A stretch of DNA of 64,000 nucleotides. Origin: Eledone cirrhosa. Lineage: Eukaryota. Made by a program: the position numbers and the translations under genes. Under the pieces are notes generated by a model. That model did not search any database. It saw only the letters and a list, made by a program, of their open reading frames with translations, and was not told the origin of the DNA. Shown one piece after another: positions 21,501-36,500 of this stretch. The stretch is taken from assembly GCA_964016885.1 (NCBI GenBank), contig OZ024748.1:37696001-37760000 (forward strand). Reading direction: 5' to 3'. How positions within the stretch are numbered: position 1 is the first letter of the stretch; each line of letters starts with the position of its first letter.

Positions 21501-24500
21501 AGAAGGAAAAATATAAAGAATGCTGCGAAGGAGGTAAGTGTTGAGATTAAAAAGAAGGAAAAATATAAAGAATGTTGCGAAGTAGGTGAGAGTGTCGATT
21601 AAAAAAATATATATATAAAGAATGTTTTAAGGAGGTAAGTGTTGTGATTAAAAAGAAGGAAAAATATAAAAAAATGTTGCGAAGGAGGTAAGTGTTGTGA
21701 TTAAAAAGAAGGAAAAATATAAAGAATGTTACGAAGGAGGTAAGTGTTGTGTTTAAAAAGAAGGAAAAATATAAAGAAATTTACGAAGGAGGTAAGAGTG
21801 GTGATTAAAAAGAAGGAAAAATCTAAAGAATATTGCAAAAGAGGTAAGTGTTGTGATTAAAAAGAAGGAAAAATATAAAGAATGTTGCGAAGGAGGTAAG
21901 AGTGTTGATTAAAGAGAAGGAAAAATATAAAGAATGTTGCGAAGGAGGTAAGTGTTGTGATTAAAAAGAAGGAAAAATATAAAGAATATTGCGAAGGTGT
22001 TGTGTTTAAAAAGAAAGAAAGATATAAAGAAATTTACGAAGGAGGTAACAATGGTGATTAAAAAGAAGGAAAAATATAAAGAATATTGCGAAGGAGGTAA
22101 GTGTTGTGTTTAAAAAGAAGGAAAAATATGAAGAAATTTTCGAAGGAGGTAAGAGTTGTGTTTAAAAAGAAGGAAAAATATAAAGAATATTGCGAAGGAG
22201 GTAAGTGTGGTGTTTAAAAAGAAGGAAAAATATAAAGAATGTTGCGTAAGAGGTAAGTGTTGTGATTAAAAAGAAGGAAAAATATAAAGAATGTTGCGAA
22301 TGAGGTAAGTGTTGTGATTAAAAAGAAGGAAAAATATAAAGAATGTTACGAAGGAGGTAAGAGTTGTGATTAAAGAGAAGGAAAAATATAAAAATTGATG
22401 CGAAGGAGGTAAGTGTTGTGATTAAAAAGAAGTAAAAATATAAAGAATGTTGCGAAGGAGGTAAGTGTTCTGATTAAAAATAAGGAAAAATATAAAGAAT
22501 GTTGCGAAGGAGGTAAGAGTTGTGATTAAAAAGAAGGAAAAATATAAAGAATGTTGCGAAGGAGGTAACTGTTGTGATTAAAAAGAAGTAAAAATATAAA
22601 GAATGTTTCAAAGGAGGTAAGTGTTGTGATTAAAAGAAGGAAAAATATAAAGAATGTTGCGATGGAGGTAAGAGTTGTGATTAAAAAGAAGGAAAAATAT
22701 AAAGAATGTTGCGAAGGAGGTAAGAGTTGTGATTAAAAAGAAGGAAAAATATAAAGAATGTTGCGAAGGAGGTAAGAGTTGTGTTTAATAAGAAGGGAAA
22801 ATATAAAGAATGTTGCGAAAGAGGTAAGTGTTGTGATTAAAAAGAAGCAAAAATATAAAGAATATTGCGAAGGAGGTAAGAGTTGTGTTTAAAAAGAAGG
22901 AAAAATATAAAGAAATTTTCGAAGGAGTTAAGAGTTGTGTTTAAAAAGAAGGAAACATATAAAGAATATTGCGAAGGAGGTAAGTGTTGTGTTTAAAAAG
23001 AAGGAAAAATATAAAGAATGTTGCGTAAGAGGTAAGTGTTGTGATTAAAAAGAAGGAAAAATATAAAGAATGTTGCGAAGGAGGTAAGTGTTTTGATTAA
23101 AAAGAAGGAAAAATATAAAGAATGTTACGAAGGAGGTATGAGTTGTGATTAAAGAGAATGAAAAATATAAAAATTGTTGCGAAGGAGGTAAGTGTTGTGA
23201 TTAAAAAGAAGTAAAAATATAAAGAATGTTGCGAAGGAAGTAAGTGTTGTGATTAAAAAGAAGGAAAAATATAAAGAATGTTTCAAAGGAGGTAAGTGTT
23301 GTGATTAAAAGAAGGAAAAATATAAAGAATGTTGCGAAGGAGGTAAGAGTTGTGATTAAAAAGAAGGAAAAATATAAAGAATGTTGCGAAGGAGGTAAGA
23401 GTTGTGATTAAAAAGAAGGAAAAATATAAAGAATGTTGCGAAGGAGGTAAGAGTTGTGTTTAAAAAGAAGGGAAAATATAAAGAAATTTACGAAGGAGAT
23501 AAGAGTAGTGATTAAAAAGAAGGAAAACTATAAAGAATATTGCGAAAGAGGTAATTGTTGTGATTAAAAAGAAGGAAAATTATAGAGAATGTTGCGAAGG
23601 AGGTAAGAGTGTTGATTAAAAAGAAGGAAAAATATAAAGAATGTTGCGAAGGAGGTAAGTGTTGTGATTAAAAAGAAGGAAAAATATAAAGAATGTTACG
23701 AAGGAGGTAACAGTTGTGATTAAAAAGAAGGAAAAATATAAAGAATGCTGCGAAGGAGGTAAGTGTTGAGATTAAAAAGAAGGAAAAATATAAAGAATGT
23801 TGCGAAGTAGGTGAGAGTGTCGATTAAAAAAATATATATATAAAGAATGTTTTAAGGAGGTAAGTGTTGTGATTAAAAAGAAGGAAAAATATAAAAAATG
23901 TTGCGAAGGAGGTAAGTGTTGTGATTAAAAAGAAGGAAAAATATAAAGAATGTTACGAAGGAGGTAAGTGTTGTGTTTAAAAAGAAGGAAAAATATAAAG
24001 AAATTTACGAAGGAGGTAAGAGTGGTGATTAAAAAGAAGGAAAAATCTAAAGAATATTGCAAAAGAGGTAAGTGTTGTGATTAAAAAGAAGGAAAAATAT
24101 AAAGAATGTTGCGAAGGAGGTAAGAGTGTTGATTAAAGAGAAGGAAAAATATAAAGAATGTTGCGAAGGAGGTAAGTGTTGTGATTAAAAAGAAGGAAAA
24201 ATATAAAGAATATTGCGAAGGTGTTGTGTTTAAAAAGAAGGAAAGATATAAAGAAATTTACGAAGGAGGTAACAATGGTGATTAAAAAGAAGGAAAAATA
24301 TAAAGAATATTGCGAAGGAGGTAAGTGTTGTGTTTAAAAAGAAGGAAAAATATGAAGACATTTTCGAAGGAGGTAAGTGTTGTGTTTAAAAAGAAGGAAA
24401 AATATAAAGAATATTGCGAAGGAGGTAAGTGTGGTGTTTAAAAAGAAGGAAAAATATAAAGAATGTTGCGTAAGAGGTAAGTGTTGTGATTAAAAAGAAG

Positions 24501-27500
24501 GAAAAATATAAAGAATGTTGCGAATGAGGTAAGTGTTGTGATTAAAAAGAAGGAAAAATATAAAGAATGTTACGAAGGAGGTAAGAGTTGTGATTAAAGA
24601 GAAGGAAAAATATAAAAATTGTTGCGAAGGAGGTAAGTGTTGTGATTAAAAAGAAGTAAAAATATAAAGAATGTTGCGAAGGAGGTAACTGTTGTGATTA
24701 AAAAGAAGTAAAAATATAAAGAATGTTTCAAAGGAGGTAAGTGTTGTGATTAAAAGAAGGAAAAATATAAAGAATGTTGCGATGGAGGTAAGAGTTGTGA
24801 TTAAAAAGAAGGAAAAATATAAAGAATGTTGCGAAGGAGGTAAGAGTTGTGATTAAAAAGAAGGAAAAATATAAAGAATGTTGCGAAGGAGGTAAGAGTT
24901 GTGTTTAATAAGAAGGGAAAATATAAAGAATGTTGCGAAAGAGGTAAGTGTTGTGATTAAAAAGAAGCAAAAATATAAAGAATATTGCGAAGGAGGTAAG
25001 AGTTGTGTTTAAAAAGAAGGAAAAATATAAAGAAATTTTCGAAGGAGTTAAGAGTTGTGTTTAAAAAGAAGGAAACATATAAAGAATATTGCGAAGGAGG
25101 TAAGTGTTGTGTTTAAAAAGAAGGAAAAATATGAAGAATGTTGCGTAAGAGGTAAGTGTTGTGATTAAAAAGAAGGAAAAATATAAAGAATGTTGCGAAG
25201 GAGGTAAGTGTTTTGATTAAAAAGAAGGAAAAATATAAAGAATGTTACGAAGGAGGTATGAGTTGTGATTAAAGAGAATGAAAAATATAAAAATTGTTGC
25301 GAAGGAGGTAAGTGTTGTGATTAAAAAGAAGTAAAAATATAAAGAATGTTGCGAAGGAGGTAAGTGTTGTGATGAAAAATAAGGAAAAATATAAAGAATG
25401 TTGCGAAGGAGGTAATAGTTGTGATTAAAAAGAAGGAAAAATATAAAGAATGTTGCGAAGGAAGTAAGTGTTGTGATTAAAAAGAAGGAAAAATATAAAG
25501 AATGTTTCAAAGGAGGTAAGTGTTGTGATTAAAAGAAGGAAAAATATAAAGAATGTTGCGAAGGAGGTAAGAGTTGTGATTAAAAAGAAGGAAAAATAAA
25601 AAGAATGTTGCGAAGGAGGTAAGAGTTGTGATTAAAAAGAAGGAAAAATATAAAGAATTTTGCGAAGGAGGTAAGAGTTGTGTTTAAAAAGAAGGGAAAA
25701 TATAAAGAAATTTACGAAGGAGATAAAAGTAGTGATTAAAAAGAAGGAAAACTATAAAGAATATTGCGAAAGAGGTAATTGTTGTGATTAAAAAGAAGGA
25801 AAAATATAGAGAATGTTGCGAAGGAGGTAAGAGTGTTGATTAAAAAGAAGGAAAAATATAAAGAATGTTGCGAAGGAGGTAAGTGTTGTGATTAAAAAGA
25901 AGGAAAAATATAAAGAATGTTACGAAGGAGGTAACAGGTGTGATTAAAAAGAAGGAAAAATATAAAGAATGCTGCGAAGGAGGTAAGTGTTGAGATTAAA
26001 AAGAAGGAAAAATATAAAGAATGTTGCGAAGTAGGTGAGAGTGTCGATTAAAAAAATATATATATAAAGAATGTTTTAAGGAGGCAAGTGTTGTGATTAA
26101 AAAGAAGGAAAAATATAAAAAATGTTGCGAAGGAGGTAAGTGTTGTGATTAAAAAGAAGGAAAAATATAAAGAATGTTACGAAGGAGGTAAGTGTTGTGA
26201 TTAAAAGGAAGGAAAAATATAAAGAATGTTGCGAAGGAGGTAAGTGTTGTGATGAAAAATAAGGAAAAATATAAAGAATGTTGCGAAGGAGGTAATAGTT
26301 GTGATTAAAAAGAAGGAAAAATATAAAGAATGTTGCGAAGGAAGTAAGTGTTGTGATTAAAAAGAAGGAAAAATATAAAGAATGTTTCAAAGGAGGTAAG
26401 TGTTGTGATTAAAAGAAGGAAAAATATAAAGAATGTTGCGAAGGAGGTAAGAGTTGTGATTAAAAAGAAGGAAAAATAAAAAGAATGTTGCGAAGGAGGT
26501 AAGAGTTGTGATTAAAAAGAAGGAAAAATATAAAGAATTTTGCGAAGGAGGTAAGAGTTGTGTTTAAAAAGAAGGGAAAATATAAAGAAATTTACGAAGG
26601 AGATAAAAGTAGTGATTAAAAAGAAGGAAAACTATAAAGAATATTGCGAAAGAGGTAATTGTTGTGATTAAAAAGAAGGAAAAATATAGAGAATGTTGCG
26701 AAGGAGGTAAGAGTGTTGATTAAAAAGAAGGAAAAATATAAAGAATGTTGCGAAGGAGGTAAGTGTTGTGATTAAAAAGAAGGAAAAATATAAAGAATGT
26801 TACGAAGGAGGTAACAGGTGTGATTAAAAAGAAGGAAAAATATAAAGAATGCTGCGAAGGAGGTAAGTGTTGAGATTAAAAAGAAGGAAAAATATAAAGA
26901 ATGTTGCGAAGTAGGTGAGAGTGTCGATTAAAAAAATATATATATAAAGAATGTTTTAAGGAGGCAAGTGTTGTGATTAAAAAGAAGGAAAAATATAAAA
27001 AATGTTGCGAAGGAGGTAAGTGTTGTGATTAAAAAGAAGGAAAAATATAAAGAATGTTACGAAGGAGGTAAGTGTTGTGATTAAAAGGAAGGAAAAATAT
27101 AAAGAATGTTGCGAAGGAGGTAATTGTTGCAATTAAAAAGAAAGACAAATATAAAGAATGTTGCAAATGAGGTAAGTGTTGTGATTAAAAAGAAGGTAAA
27201 ATATAAAAATGTTGCGAAGGAGGTAAGTGTTGTGATTTAAATGAAGGAAAAATATAAAGAATGTTGCGAAGGAGGTAAGAGTTGTGATTAAAAAGAAGGA
27301 AAAATATAAAGAATGTTGCGAAGGAGGTAAGAGTTGTGATTAAGAAGAAGGAAAAATATAAAGAATGTTGCGAAGGAGGTAAGTGTTGTGATTAAAAAGA
27401 AGTAAAAATATAAAGAATGTTTCAAAGGAGGTAAGTGTTGTGATTAAAAGAAGGAAAAATATAAAGAATGTTGCGAAGGAGGTAAGAGTTGTGATTAAAA

Positions 27501-30500
27501 AGAAGGAAAAATATAAAGAATGTTGCGAAGGAGGTAAGAGTTGTGATTAAAAAGAAGGGAAAATATAAAGAATGTTGCGAAGGAGGTAAGGGTGGTGCTT
27601 AAAAAGAAAGAAAAATATAAAGAATGTTGCAAAGGAGGAAAGAGTGGTGATTAAAAAGAAAGAAAAATATAAAGAATGTTGCGAAGGAGGTAAGTGTTGT
27701 GTTTAAAAAGAAGGGAAAATATAAAGAATGTTACGAAGGAGGTAAGTGTTGTGATTAAAAGGAAGGAAAAATATAAAGGATGTTGCGAAGGAGGTAATTG
27801 TTGCAATTAAAAAGAAAGACAAATATAAAGAATGTTGCAAAGGAGGTAAGTGTTGTGATTAAAAAGAAGGTAAAATATAAAGAATGTTGCGAAGGAGGTA
27901 AGTTTCGTGATTAAAATGAAGGGAAAATATAAAGAATGTTGCGAATGAGGTAAGAGTTGTGATTAAAAAGAAGGAAAAATATAAAGAATGTTGCGAAGGA
28001 GGTAAGAGTGCTGATTAAAAACAAGGAAAAATATAAAGAATGTTGCGAAGGAGGTAAGAGTTGTGATTAAAAAGAAGGAAAAATATAAAGAATGTTGCGA
28101 AGGAGGTAAGAGTTGTGACTAAAAAGAAGGGAAAATATAAAGAATGTTGCGAAAGAGGTAAGTGTTGTAATTAAAAATAAGGAAAAATATAAAGAATGTT
28201 GCGAAGGAGGTAAGAGTGTTGATTAAAAAGAAGGAAAAATATAAAGAATGTTGCGAAGGAGGTAAGTGTTGTGATTAAAAACAAGGAAAAATATAAAGAA
28301 ATTTACGAAGGAGATAAGAGTAGTGATTAAAAAGAAGGAAAACTATAAAGAATATTGCGAAAGAGGTAAGTGTTGTGATTAAAAAGAAGGAAAAATATAA
28401 AGAATGTTGCGAAGGAGGTAAGAGTGTTGATTAAAAAGAAGGAAAAATAGAAAGAATGTTGTGAAGGAGGTAAATGTTGTGATTAAAAAGAAGGAAAAAT
28501 ATAAAGAATGTTACGAAGGAGGTAGTAGTTGTGATTAAAAAGAAGGAAAAATATAAAGAATGTTGCGAAGGAGGTAAGAGTTGTGATTAAAAAGAAGGAA
28601 AAATATAAAGAATGTTGCGAAGGAGGTAAGTGTTGTGATTAAAAAGAAGGGAAAATATAAAGAATGTTGCGAAAGAGGTAAGTGTTGTGATTAAAAATAA
28701 GGAAAAATATAAAGAATGTTGCGAAGGAGGTAAGAGTGTTGATTAAAAAGAAAGAAAAATATAAAAACGTTGCGAAGGAGGTAAGAGTTGTGATTAAAAA
28801 GAAGGAAAAATATACAGAATGCTGCGTAGAAGGTAAGTGTTGTGATTAAAAAGAAGGAAAAAATAAAGAATGTTGCGTAGAAGGTAAGTGTTGTGATTAA
28901 AAAGAAGGAAAAATATAAAGAATGTTTCGAAGGAGGTAAGTGTTGTGATTAAAAAGAAGGAATAATATAAAGAATGTTGCGAAGTAGGTAAGAGTTGTGA
29001 TTAAAAAGAAGGAAAAATATAAAAAATGTTGCGAAGGATGTAAGAGTTGTGATTAAAAGGAAGGGAAAATATAAAGAATGTTGCGAAGGAGGTAAGTGTT
29101 GTGATTAAAAAGAAGGAAAAATATAAAGAATGCTGAGAAGGAGGTAAGTGTTGTGATTAAAAGGAAGGGAAAATATAAAGAATGTGGCGAAGGAGGTAAG
29201 GGTGGTACTTAAAAAGAAAGAAAAATATAAAGAATGTTGCAAAGGAGGAAAGTGTTGTGATTAAAAAGAAGGACACATATAAAGAATATTGCGAAGGAGG
29301 TAAGTGTTGTGATTAAAAGGAAGGAAAAATATAAAGAATGTTGCGAAGGAGGTAATTGTTGCAATTATAAAGAAAGACATATAAAAATGTTGCGAAGGAG
29401 GTATGTGTTGTGATTAAAATGAAGGAAAAATATAAAGAATCCTACGAAGGAGGTAAGAGTTGTGTTTAAAACGAAGGGAAAATATAAAGAATGTTGCGAA
29501 GGAGGTAAGGGTGGTGCTTAAAAAGAAAGAAAAATATAAAGAATGTTGTAAAGGAGGAAAGAGTGGTGATTAAAAAGAAAGAAAAATATAAAGAATGTTG
29601 CGAAGGAGGTAAGTGTTGTGATTAAAAAGAAGGAAAAATATAAAGAATGTTACGAAGGAGGTAAGTGTTGTGATTAAAAGGAAGGAAAAATATAAAGAAT
29701 GTTGCGAATGAGGTAAGAGTTGTGATTAAAAAGAAGGAAAAATATAAAGAATGTTGCGAAGGAGGTAAGAGTGCTGATTAAAAACAAGGAAAAATATTAA
29801 GAATGTTGCGAAGGAGGTAAGAGTTGTGATTAAAAAGAAGGAAAAATATAAAGAATGTTGCGAAGAAGTAAGAGTTGTGACTAAAAAGAAGGGAAAATAT
29901 AAAGAATGTTGCGAAAGAGGTAAGTGTTGTGATTAAAAATAAGGAAAAATATAAAAATGTTGCGAAGGAGGTAAGACTGTTGATTAAAAAGAAGGAAAAA
30001 TATAAAGAATGTTGCGAAGGAGGTAAGTGTTGTGATTAAAAAGAAGGAAAAATATAAAGAAATTTACGAAGGAGAAAAGAGTAGTGATTAAAAAGAAGGA
30101 AAACTATAAAGAATATTGCGAAAGAGGTAAGCGTTGTGATTAAAAAGAAGGAAAAATATAAAGAATGTTGCGAAGGAGGTAAGAGTGTTGATTAAAAAGA
30201 AGGAAAAATAGAAAGAATGTTGTGAAGGAGGTAAGTGTTGTGATTAAAAAGAAGGAAAAATATAAAGAATGTTACGAAGGAGGTAAGAGTTGTGATTAAA
30301 AAGAAGGAAAAATATAAAGAATGTTGCGAAGGAGGTAAGTGTAGAGATTAAAAAGAAGGAAAAATATAAAGAATGTTGCGAAGGAGGTAAGAGTTGTGAT
30401 TAAAAAGAAGGGAAAATATAAAGAATGTTGCGAAAGAGGTAAGTGTTGTGATTAAAAAGAAGGAAAAAATATAAAGAATGTTGCGAAGTAGGTAAGAGTG

Positions 30501-33500
30501 TTGATTAAAAAGAAGGTAAAATATAAAGAATATTGCGAAGGAGGTAAGAGTTGTGATTAAAAAGAAGGGAAAATATAAAGAATGGTGCGAAGGAGGTAAG
30601 AGTTGTGATTAAAAAGAAGGGAAAATATAAAGAATCTTACGAAGGAGGTAAGAGTTGTGATTAAAAAGAAGAAAAAATATAAAGAATGGTGCGAAGGAGG
30701 TAAGAGTTGTGATTAAAAAGAAGGGAAAATATAAAGAATGTTGCGACAGAGGTAAGTGTTGTGATTAAAAATAAGAAAAAATATAAAGAATGTTGGGAAG
30801 GAGGTAAGAGTGTTGATTAAAAGGAAAGAAAAATATAAAGAACTTTGCGAAGGAGGTAAGAGTTGTGATTAAAAAGAAGGAAAAATATACAAAATGCTGC
30901 GTAGAAAGTAAGTGTTGTGATGAAAAAGAAGGAAAGATATAAAGAATGTTGCGTAGAGGTAAGTGTTGTGATTAAAAAGAAGGAAAAATATAAAGAATGT
31001 TTCGAAGGAGGTAAGTGTTGTGATTAAAAAGAAGGAATAATATAAAGAATGTTGCGAAGTAGGTAAGAGTTGTGATTAAAAAGAAGGAAAAATATAAAAA
31101 ATGTTGCGAAGGATGTAAGAGTTGTGATTAAAAGGAAGGGAAAATATAAAGAATTTTGCGAAGGAGGTAAGTGTTGTGATTAAAAAAAAGGAAAAATATA
31201 CAGAATGTTGCGAAGGAGGTAAGTGTTGTGATTAAAAGAAGGAAAAATATAAAGAATGCTGAGAAGGAGGTAAGTGTTGTGATTAAAAGGAAGGGAAAAT
31301 ATAAAGAATGTTGCGAAGGAGGTAAGGGTGGTGCTTAAAAAGAAAGAAAAATATATAAATGTTGCAAAGGAGGAAAGAGTGGTGATTAAAAAAAAGAAAA
31401 ATATAAAGAATGTTGCGAAGGAGGAAAGTGTTGTGATTAAAAGGAAGGAAAATATAAAGAATGTTGCGAAGGAGGTAATTGTTGCAATTAAAAAGAAAGA
31501 CAAATATAAAAATGTTGCGAAGGAGGTAAGTGTTGGGATTAAAAAGAAGGAAAAATATAAAGAATCCTACGAAGGAGGTAAGAGTTGTGTTTAAAAAGAA
31601 GGAAAAATGTAAAGAATTTTGCGAAGGAGGTAAGTGTTGTGATTAAAAAGAAAGACAAATATAAAGAATGTTGCAAAGGAGGTAAGTGTTGTGATTAAAA
31701 AGAAGGTAAAATATAAAGAATGTTGCGAAGGAGGTAAGTTTCGTGATTAAAATGAAGGAAAAATATAAAGAATGTTGCGAAGGAGGTAAGAGTTGTGATT
31801 AAAAAGACGGAAAAATATAAAGAATGTTGCGAAGGAGGTAAGAGTTGTGACTAAAAAGAAGGGAAAATATAAAGAATGTTGCGAAAGAGGTAAGTGTTGT
31901 GATTAAAAATAAGGAAAAATATAAAGAATGTTGCGAAGGAGGTAAGAGTTGTGATTAAAAAGAAGGAAAAATATAAAGAATGTTGCGAAGGAGGTAAGTG
32001 TTGTGATTAAAAAGAAGGAAAAATATAAAGAATGTTACGAAGGAGGTAAGTGTTGTGATTAAAAAGAAGGAAAAATATAAAGAAATTTACGAAGGAGATA
32101 AGAGTAGTGATTAAAAAGAAGGAAAACTATAAAGAATATTGCGAAAGAGGTAAGTGTTGTGATTAAAAAGAAGGAAAAATATAAAGAATGTTGCGAAGGA
32201 GGTAAGAGTGTTGATTAAAAAGAAGGAAAAATAGAAAGAATGTTGTGAAGGAGGTAAGTGTTGTGATTAAAAAGAAGGAAAAATATAAAGAATGTTACGA
32301 AGGAGGTAAGAGTTGTGATTAAAAAGAAGGAAAAATATAAAGATTGTTGCGAATGAGGTAAGTGTTGAGATTAAAAAGAAGGAAAAATATAAAGAATGTT
32401 GCGAAGGAGGTAAGAGTTGTGATTAAAAAGAAGGGAAAATATAAAGAATGTTGCGAAAGAGGTAAGTGTTGTGATTAAAAAGAAGGAAAAAATATAAAGA
32501 ATGTTGCGAAGTAGGTAAGAGTGTTGATTAAAAAGAAGGTAAAATATAAAGTATGTTGCGAAGGAGGTAAGTGTTGTGATTAAAAAGAAGGAAAAATATA
32601 AAGAAATTTACGAAGGAGGTAAGAGTGGTTATATAAAAAGAAGAAAAATATAAAGAATATTGCGAAAGAGGTAAGTGTTGTGATTAAAAAGAAAGAAAAA
32701 TATAAAGAATGTTGCGAAGGAGGTAAGTGTTGTGATTAAAAAGAGGGAAAATTATAAGGAAATTTACGAACGAGGTAAGAGTTGTGATTAAAAAGAAGGA
32801 AAAATATAAAGAATGTTTCGAAGGAGGTAAGTGTTGTGATTAAAAAGAAGGAAAAATATAAAGAATGTGCGAAGTAGGTAAGAGTTGAGATTAAAAAGAA
32901 GGAAAAATATAAAAAAAATGTTGCGAAGGATGTAAGAGTTGTGATTAAAAAAAAGGAAAAATATAAAGAATGTTGCGAAGGAGGTAAGTGTTGTGATTAA
33001 AAGGAAGGGAAAATATAAAGAATGCTGCGAAGGAGGTAAGTGTTGTGATTAAAAAAAAGGAAAAATATACAGAATACTGCGTAGAAGGTAAGTGTTGTGA
33101 TTAAAAAGAAGGAAAAATATAAAGAATGTTGCGTAGGAGGTAAGTGTTGTGATTAAAAAGAAGGAAAAATATAAAGAATGTTTCGAAGGAGGTAAGTGTT
33201 GTGATTAAAAAGAAGGAAAAATATAAAGAATGTTGCGATGTAGGTAAGAGTTGTGATTAAAAAGAAAGAAAAATTTAAAGAATGTTGCGAAGGAGGAAAG
33301 AGTGGTGATTAAAAAGAAAGAAAAATATAAAGAATGTTGCGAAGGAGGAAAGTGTTGTGATTAAAAAGAAGGACAAATATAAAGAATATTGCGAAGGAGG
33401 TAAGTGTTGTGATTAAAAGGAAGGAAAAATATAAAGAATGTTGCGAAGGAGGTAATTGTTGCAATTAAAAAGAAAGACAAATATAAAGAATGTTGCGAAG

Positions 33501-36500
33501 GAGGTAAGTGTTGCGATTAAAAAGAAGGAAAAATATAAAGAATCCTACGAAGGAGGTAAGAGTTGTGTTTAAAAAGAAGGAAAAATGTAAAGAATTTTGC
33601 GAAGGAGGTAAGTGTTGTGATTAAAAAGAAGGAAAAATATAAAGAATGTTACGAAGGAGGTAAGTGTTGTGATTAAAAGGAAGGAAAAATATAAAGAATG
33701 TTGCGAAGGAGGTAATTGTTACAATTAAAAAGAAAGACAAATATAAAGAATGTTGCAAAGGAGGTAAGTGTTGTGATTAAAAAGAAGGACAAATATAAAG
33801 AATGTTGCAAAGGAGGTAAGAGTTGTGATTAAAAAGAAGGAAAAATATAAAGAATGTTGCGAAGGAGGTAAGAGTTGTGACTAAAAAGAAGGGAAAATGT
33901 AAAGAATGTTGCGAAAGAGGTAAGTGTGGTGATTAAAAATAAGGAAAAATATAAAGAATGTTGCGAAGGAGGTAAGAGTGTTGATTAAAAAGAAGAAAAA
34001 ATATAAAGAATGTTGCGAAGGAGGTAAGTGTTGTGATTAAAAGGAAGGAAAAATATAAAGAATGTTGCGAAGGAGGTAATTGTTGCAATTAAAAAGAAAG
34101 ACAAATATAAAAATGTTGCGAAGGAGGTAAGTGTTGTGATTAAAAAGAAGGAAAAATATAAAGAATCCTACGAAGGAGGTAAGAGTTGTGTTTAAAAATA
34201 AGGAAAAATGTAAAGAATTTTGCGAAGGAGGTAAGTGTTGTGATTAAAAAGAAGGAAAAATATAAAGAATGTTACGAAGGAGGTAATTGTTGCAATTAAA
34301 AAGAAAGACAAATATAAAGAATGTTGCAAAGGAGGTAAGTGTTGTGATTAAAAAGAAGGTAAAATATAAAGAATGTTGCGAAGGAGGTAAGTTTCGTGAT
34401 TAAAATGAAGGAAAAATATAAAGAATGTTGCGAAGGAGGTAAGAGTTGTGATTAAAAAGACGGAAAAATATAAAGAATGTTGCGAAGGAGGTAAGAGTGC
34501 TGATTAAAAACAAGGAAAAATATAAAGAATTTGCGAAGGAGGTAAGAGTTGTGATTAAAAAGAAGGAAAAATATAAAGATTGTTGCGAAGGAGGTAAGAG
34601 TTGTGACTAAAAAGAAGGGAAAATATAAAGATTGTTGCGAAAGATGTAAGTGTTGTGATTAAAAATAAGGAAAAATATAAAGAATGTTGCGAAGGAGGTA
34701 AGAGTGTTGATTAAAAAGAAGAAAAAATATAAAGAATGTTTCGAAGGAGGTAAGTGTTGTGATTAAAAAGAAGGAAAAATATAAAGAATGTTACGAAGGA
34801 GGTAAGTGTTGTGATTAAAAAGAAGGAAAAATATAAAGAAATTTACGAAGGAGATAAGAGTAGTGATTAAAAAGAAGTAAAACTATAAAGAATATTGCGA
34901 AAGAGGTAAGTGTTGTGATTAAAAAGAAGGAAAAATATAAAGAATGTTGCGAAGGAGGTAAGAGTGTTGATTAAAAAGAAGGAAAAATAGAAAGAATGTT
35001 GTGAAGGAGGTAAGTGTTGTGATTAAAAAGAAGGAAAAAATATAAAGAATGTTGCGAAGTAGGTAAGAGTGTTGATTAAAAAGAAGGTAAAATATAAAGA
35101 ATGTTGCGAAGGAGGTAAGTGTTGTGATTAAAAAGAAGGAAAAATATAAAGAAATTTACGAAGGAGGTAAGCGTGGTGATTAAAAAGATGGTAAACTATA
35201 AAGAATATTGCGAAGGAGGTAAGTGTTGTGTTTAAAAAAAGGAAAAATATAAACAAATTTACGAAGGAGGTAAGTGTTGTGATTAAAAAGAGGGAAGATT
35301 ATAAGGAAATTTACGAACGAGGTAAGAGTTGTGATTAAAAAGAAGGAAAAATATAAAGAATGTTTCGAAGGAGGTAAGTGTTGTGATTAAAAAGAAGGAA
35401 AAATATAAAGAATGTTGCGAAGTAGGTAAGAGTTGAGATTAAAAAGAAGGAAAAATATTAAAAAAATGTTGCGAAGGATGTAAGAGTTGTGATTAAAAAA
35501 AAGGAAAAATATAAAGAATGTTGCGAAGGAGGAAAGAGTGGTGATTAAAAAGAAAGAAAAATATAAAGAATGTTGCGAAGGAGGAAAGTGTTGTGATTAA
35601 AAAGAAGGACAAATATAAAGAATGTTGCGAAGGAGGTAATTGTTGCAATTAAAAAGAAAGACAAATATAAAGAATGTTGCGAAGGAGGTAAGTGTTGCGA
35701 TTAAAAAGAAGGAAAAATATAAAGAATCCTACGAAGGAGGTAAGAGTTGTGTTTAAAAAGAAGGAAAAATGTAAAGAATTTTGCGAAGGAGGTAAGTGTT
35801 GTGATTAAAAAGAAGGAAAAATATAAAGAATGTTACGAAGGAGGTAAGTGTTGTGATTAAAAGGAAGGAAAAATATAAAGAATGTTGCGAAGGAGGTAAT
35901 TGTTGCAAATAAAAAGAAAGACAAATATAAAGAATGTTGCAAAGGAGGTAAGTGTTGTGATTAAAAAGAAGGACAAATATAAAGAATGTTGCAAAGGAGG
36001 TAAGTGTTGTGATTAAAAAGAAGGTAAAATATAAAGAATGTTGCGAAGGAGGTAAGAGTGCTGATTAAAAACAAGGAAAAATATAAAGAATGTTGCGAAG
36101 GAGGTAAGAGTTGTGATTAAAAAGAACGAAAAATATAAAGAATGTTGCGAAGGAGGTAAGAGTTGTGACTAAAAAGAAGGGAAAATGTAAAGAATGTTGC
36201 GAAAGAGGTAAGTGTTGTGATTAAAAATAAGGAAAAATATAAAGAATGTTGCGAAGGAGGTAAGAGTTGTGACTAAAAAGAAGGGAAAATATAAAGAATG
36301 TTGCGAAAGAGGTAAGTGTTGTGATTAAAAATAAGGAAAAATATAAAGAATGTTGCGAAGGAGGTAAGAGTGTTGATTAAAAAGAAGAAAAAATATAAAG
36401 AATGTTGCGAAGGAGGTAAGTGTTGTGATTAAAAAGAAGGAAAAATATAAAGAATGTTACGAAGGAGGTAAGTGTTGTGATTAAAAAGAAGGAAAAATAT

